Source of the DNA: Pseudonocardiaceae bacterium
GTDB taxonomy: Bacteria; Actinomycetota; Actinomycetes; Mycobacteriales; Pseudonocardiaceae
Reading direction: 5' to 3'
NCBI GenBank assembly: GCA_035707525.1
Contig: DASSUA010000208.1
Span: 1 to 26,675 of the forward strand
DNA length: 26,675 nt
Position 1 is the first letter of the stretch. Each line of letters starts with the position of its first letter. Both the position numbers and the translations under genes were made by a program. Shown here piece after piece: positions 22,919 to 26,675 of the stretch. Under the pieces are notes generated by a model that saw only the letters and a program-made list of their open reading frames with translations, was not told where the DNA came from and made no database searches.

Positions 22919-25387
22919 GTGGAGGTCGACGTACTCGGCCCGGTGCAGGCGCGGGTCCGCGGCCGGTCCGTGGAACTCGCCGGCCATCAGCGGCGTGCCC
23001 TGCTGTCCGCCCTCGCGCTGCGCCCGGGTGAGGTGGTCCGGATCTCCCGCCTCGTCGACGCCCTGTGGGACGCGGACCCGCCGGCCAGCGCCGTGGTCAA
23101 GGTGCAGGGTCACGTGTCGGCGTTGCGGCGGGCGATCGCCGACGCCGGCCACTCGCAGCCGCGCACGGTCGTCGTCACCCGGCCGCCCGGATACCTGCTC
23201 GACCTGGCCGAGAGCCGGCTGGACGTGGCCCGGTTCGACACGCTCGTGCGCGCCGCCGAGCGCAGCCGCCGCGCCGGCAAGCTGGCCGAGGCGAGCGAGC
23301 TGTTCGGCGAGGCGCTCGTGCTGTGGCGCGGTCCGGCGTTCGCCGATGTGCCGTCGCGGTCGATCCAGGCCGAGGCGGTGCAGCTGGAGGAGCGCCGGCT
23401 GCTCGCCGTCGAGGCGAAGGCGGAGCTCGACGTCTCGCTCGGCCGGTACCCCGACGTGGTCGCCCAGCTCTACCCGCTGGTGGCGGCAAACCCGCTGCGG
23501 GAAAGCCTGCGGGCCCAGCTCATGATCGCCTTGTACCGCAACGGCCGGCAGGCCTCCGCCCTCGAGGTGTACCGGGAGGGCCGCCGCATCCTCGTCGATG
23601 AGCTGGGTATCGAGCCCGGTCCGCAGCTGCGCCGGCTGGAGACCCAGATCCTGGCCGGCGGATCGGCCACCGCCGCCGCGCAGGCCACCATGCTCGCGCC
23701 GTGCGACCTGCCGCGTGACCCGTCGCACTTCACCGGCCGTGAACGCGAGGTCAGGCAGTTGCGGGACCTGCTCGCGGACCCGGCCGGCGCGGCGGTCGCC
23801 AACATCACGGGCCCGGCCGGTGCCGGCAAGACCACGCTCGCCGTGCGGGTCGCCCACGAGGTCCAGCACCGGTTCCCGGACGGCCGGCTCTACGTCGACC
23901 TGCGCAGCGGCGAGCGCGGCCCGGTGCGCTCGGCCGAGGCGCTCAGCCGGTTCCTGCGCACGCTCGGCATGCCCGGTCACGTGATCCCCGAGGACGAGGG
24001 GGCGCGCGCCGACCTGTACCGCGCACTGGTCGCGGACCGGCAGCTGCTGGTCGTGCTGGACAACGCGGCGAACGAGCAGCAGGTGCGGCCGCTGCTGCCG
24101 GGCGGGCCGCGGTGCGCCACGCTGATCACCAGCCGGCGCGCGCTCTCCGGGCTGGACCTGACCGCGCTCGTCGGCGTCGGGATGTTCGAGGAGGAGGCCG
24201 CGGGGCGGCTGTTCGTCACCGTCTCCGGCGCCCAGGACGCGCCCGCGGCGGAGCTGGACCGGGTGCTCGGCTTCTGCGGCGGGCTGCCGCTGGCGGTCCG
24301 GGTTGCCGCCGCCCGGCTGGCCGCCCGGCCCTACTGGACCGCGGCGGACCTGGCCGACCGGCTCGCCGACGAGCGCAACCGGCTGCACGAGCTGACCAGC
24401 GGCGACCTGGACGTGCGGGCCAGCCTCACGCTGTCCTACGACCACCTCGACGAGCCGGCCAGGCTGGCGTTTCGCCTGCTCGCGCTCGCCGGTGAGGCGC
24501 CCATCAGCACGTGGCGGCTGGCGGCGCTGCTGGATCGCCCGCCGGCGGTCGCGGACCGGATCCTGCAGCAGCTGGTCGAGATCCACCTGCTCGAACCGCA
24601 CGGCCGCGACACCGGCGGTTCGTGGACCTACCGGATGCACAGCCTGGTTCGGCTGTTCGCCGCCGAGCTGCTGGCTCGGCCCGATCCGGAGGCCGGGGAG
24701 CCCTCGGAATCGGCCGAGCCCGCCGTTCCCAGCGTTGCCGACGAGGCGTTGCGCCGGCTGCTGGCCAGCCAGCTCGTGCTCGCCGAGGCCGCCGAGGAGA
24801 AGCTGCTCGGACCCATCCCGCACCTCGGTCGCGGCTCGGCGCCCAGGTACGAGGTCGATCCCGAGCTCCGCCGCCGGCTGCTCGCGGACCCGCTGGCGTG
24901 GTTCGAGGCCGAACGGCGCCACCTGGTCGCGGGGGTCGAGGCGGCGGCCGTGGCCGGGATGACCGAGCTGGCCGCGAACCTGGCGTGCGCGACGATCGGG
25001 TTCCTGCTGGCGCGATCGCACTGGGACGATGCGTACCGGGTGCTCAACGTGGCGATGCGCAGCGAGCCCGATCCGCTGATGGCCGTGCACCTGTACCGGG
25101 CCAGGGCCGAGCTCGCGGCACACCGTGGTGACCTGCATGCCGCGGCACGTTCGCTCGACGAGGTCGCCGAGCAGCTCGGGGCGCTCGGTGACCGGCGCGC
25201 CGAGTGCTACACGAGGTGGTCCCTGGCCCAGGCGCTGCGGGCGCAGTGCCGCTTCGACGAGGCTCGCCGCCAGCTCGACCTCGCGATGGACACCGCGCGC
25301 CAGCTGGGCGACCGCCGCGCCGAGGGCATGGTGCTCGCGACGCTGGCCCAGATCGAGGACCTGACCGGGCGCAGCGGCGCCCTGTAG
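22919..25387 (+). CDS. AfsR/SARP family regulator (OmpR-type wHTH + BTAD + NB-ARC + short TPR-like tail)
   Basis: VLGPV N-terminus, LWRGPAF, PLRESLRAQLMIALYRNGRQ (BTAD), Walker A GPAGAGKT, Walker B LLVVLDNA and GLPLAV. GGAGGT precedes the GTG at 22919. Confidence 0.93.
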   Translation: MEVDVLGPVQARVRGRSVELAGHQRRALLSALALRPGEVVRISRLVDALWDADPPASAVVKVQGHVSALRRAIADAGHSQPRTVVVTRPPGYLLDLAESRLDVARFDTLVRAAERSRRAGKLAEASELFGEALVLWRGPAFADVPSRSIQAEAVQLEERRLLAVEAKAELDVSLGRYPDVVAQLYPLVAANPLRESLRAQLMIALYRNGRQASALEVYREGRRILVDELGIEPGPQLRRLETQILAGGSATAAAQATMLAPCDLPRDPSHFTGREREVRQLRDLLADPAGAAVANITGPAGAGKTTLAVRVAHEVQHRFPDGRLYVDLRSGERGPVRSAEALSRFLRTLGMPGHVIPEDEGARADLYRALVADRQLLVVLDNAANEQQVRPLLPGGPRCATLITSRRALSGLDLTALVGVGMFEEEAAGRLFVTVSGAQDAPAAELDRVLGFCGGLPLAVRVAAARLAARPYWTAADLADRLADERNRLHELTSGDLDVRASLTLSYDHLDEPARLAFRLLALAGEAPISTWRLAALLDRPPAVADRILQQLVEIHLLEPHGRDTGGSWTYRMHSLVRLFAAELLARPDPEAGEPSESAEPAVPSVADEALRRLLASQLVLAEAAEEKLLGPIPHLGRGSAPRYEVDPELRRRLLADPLAWFEAERRHLVAGVEAAAVAGMTELAANLACATIGFLLARSHWDDAYRVLNVAMRSEPDPLMAVHLYRARAELAAHRGDLHAAARSLDEVAEQLGALGDRRAECYTRWSLAQALRAQCRFDEARRQLDLAMDTARQLGDRRAEGMVLATLAQIEDLTGRSGAL

Positions 25388-25434
25388 CGGTACCCGAGCC
25401 GGGGGCTGCCGGCCGCGGCCGGGGTGGTTGCCGG

Positions 25435-26675
25435 TTAGGCGAGCCCCGCGAGCAGGCCGTCACCGGCACTGCGGGCCAACAGCGGGCAGTAGAGGCTGTT
25501 GACCAGCTCCGCGGCCTGCCGCCGCAGCCGGGTGTGCAGCCGTTGGATCGTGGCCTTCTCGAACTCCTCCACCGGGTAGCCGATCGACACGCCGACGTCG
25601 TTGGTGCTCTCGGTCACGTCGAGGGTCAGCTCGTTGACGATCGGCCGCGGCATCGTCAGCTCCCGGCACGACGACCCCGGACCCGGATCCGGCAGCCGGA
25701 ACGGGCCGCCGTGGACGTTGACCATGACCGGCGGCACCGGATACATGTCGAGCGCCTCCGCCACCCGCTCGAACGGCGCGTCGGCGTTGTCGACCGCGGA
25801 CCGCCACGCCGACCGCACCCTGGTCAGCAGCTCGTTCCAACTCGGCTCACCGGTCAGGTCGACCCGAAGCAGCAGGGTGTTGGTGAACATACCGACGACG
25901 TGCCGGCGCTCCGGCTGCCGCCGGCCCAGCCACTCGAACCCGAACAGGAAGTCCAACTGCCCGGTCTCGGCCGCCAGCGTTGCCGCGAGCAGCGCCGACG
26001 CCACCACGAGCGTGGTGCTGCCGGTCCGATCGGCCACGGTGCGCAACCGCTCGGTGAGCTCGGGGCCTAGCGAGCCCGACAGCGTGTCCCCCTCGCTGGG
26101 GCGGCCGCGCAGCCGTGGCCGATCGCGCGGCAGCCGCACTTCGGTCGGCGCCCCGCGCAGGCCGGCCAGTACCGCGCCGATCCGGCCGGTCAGGGCGGCG
26201 TCGTCAGGGTCACGGGTCGTCTCGACCTGCGCCGGGTGCGTCGCCTCCGCCAGGCGCGGCGTGCGGTGCTGCGAGATCGCCCGGTAGGCCTCGCCGATCT
26301 GGGTAACCAGCAGCTGCCTGGACCATTCGTCGAGCACGATTCGATGCGCGCACAGCGCCAGCACCGCCCGGCCTCCGCCGGCGGCCACGACGGTCGCCGT
26401 GGCCGGGGCGTCCCGGGTCAGGTCGAAACCGGCGGCGACGGTCTGTCGCACCGGCCCCGCGACGTCGCGGCGGCGCCTGGCGGCCATCTTCACCGGCGGC
26501 GGATCGCCGTCGGTGCGATAGCGAAGCCCGCCGCCCGGCCCTTCGCCGGCCTCGAAACGGGACCGCAGCGCCGGGTGGCGGCCCAGAACCAGCTTTAGGG
26601 CCTCTTTGAGAGCGACTGCGTCAACCCCGGCGAATTCGAGGGCGGTGAGCACCACGCGTGGGCTGCCGGCGCGGT
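25435..26675 (-). CDS. NRPS-type condensation domain at the C-terminus of a protein that begins beyond the window
   Basis: RHPALRSRF, FDLTRDAP, HRIVLDEWS (HHxxxDG position), VGMFTNTLLLRVDL and DAPFERV motifs. The frame is open to the window edge. Confidence 0.85.
   Translation of the reverse strand, partial: RAGSPRVVLTALEFAGVDAVALKEALKLVLGRHPALRSRFEAGEGPGGGLRYRTDGDPPPVKMAARRRRDVAGPVRQTVAAGFDLTRDAPATATVVAAGGGRAVLALCAHRIVLDEWSRQLLVTQIGEAYRAISQHRTPRLAEATHPAQVETTRDPDDAALTGRIGAVLAGLRGAPTEVRLPRDRPRLRGRPSEGDTLSGSLGPELTERLRTVADRTGSTTLVVASALLAATLAAETGQLDFLFGFEWLGRRQPERRHVVGMFTNTLLLRVDLTGEPSWNELLTRVRSAWRSAVDNADAPFERVAEALDMYPVPPVMVNVHGGPFRLPDPGPGSSCRELTMPRPIVNELTLDVTESTNDVGVSIGYPVEEFEKATIQRLHTRLRRQAAELVNSLYCPLLARSAGDGLLAGLA

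Noticed and set aside
20320-25138. Very long minus-strand ORFs 20320..22869 and 22799..25138, plus the many other Arg/Pro/Ala-rich overlapping ORFs in the track
   Set aside because: These are stop-poor shadow frames expected in high-GC DNA. They lack motifs and overlap well-supported genes.
25409-25422. 14-bp palindrome CCGGCCGCGGCCGG between the convergent SARP and C-domain genes
   Set aside because: It is all G/C with no loop, which is plausible by chance at this composition. It is weak evidence for a terminator.
8097-26675. Polyamine operon and NRPS C domain as one polyamine-conjugate (siderophore-like) cluster
   Set aside because: They are about 15 kb apart, separated by unrelated catabolic, transport and regulatory genes. 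Nothing in the sequence links them.

Overview
High-GC actinomycete DNA. The REP-like hairpins and leaderless promoters hint at a Micromonosporaceae-like host, but this is an inference. The window holds about 24 genes. In order: the start of a Co/Ni ECF transporter (cbiM plus a PDGLE protein); an APH-kinase/acyl-CoA dehydrogenase pair; a secreted PQQ-type sugar dehydrogenase; a P-loop ATPase plus TPR protein pair; an ornithine decarboxylase-speD-speE polyamine operon; an ACAD-ADH-Gfo/Idh/MocA operon; a MarR/hydrolase pair; a TetR-ABC exporter operon; a second TetR; an MFS transporter with a GAF-PucR regulator; a SARP (BTAD/NB-ARC) regulator; and a terminal NRPS condensation domain that runs off the window end. 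I recognised no rRNA, tRNA, CRISPR array, integrase or transposase. The most unusual region is 3.2-7.5 kb. There, (i) the sugar dehydrogenase gene is bracketed by an exact 20-bp direct repeat of the ACAD 3' end, and (ii) the ATPase-TPR module has an in-frame TAG that cuts off a conserved-looking C-terminus whose downstream TGA overlaps the TPR start. (iii) The TPR gene also contains exactly one 141-bp repeat unit, bounded by 11-bp direct repeats, whose synonymous sites are strongly shifted C-to-T on the coding strand only. I read this module as a candidate uncharacterised conflict/sensor system with exchangeable TPR units. That function is inference, not shown.
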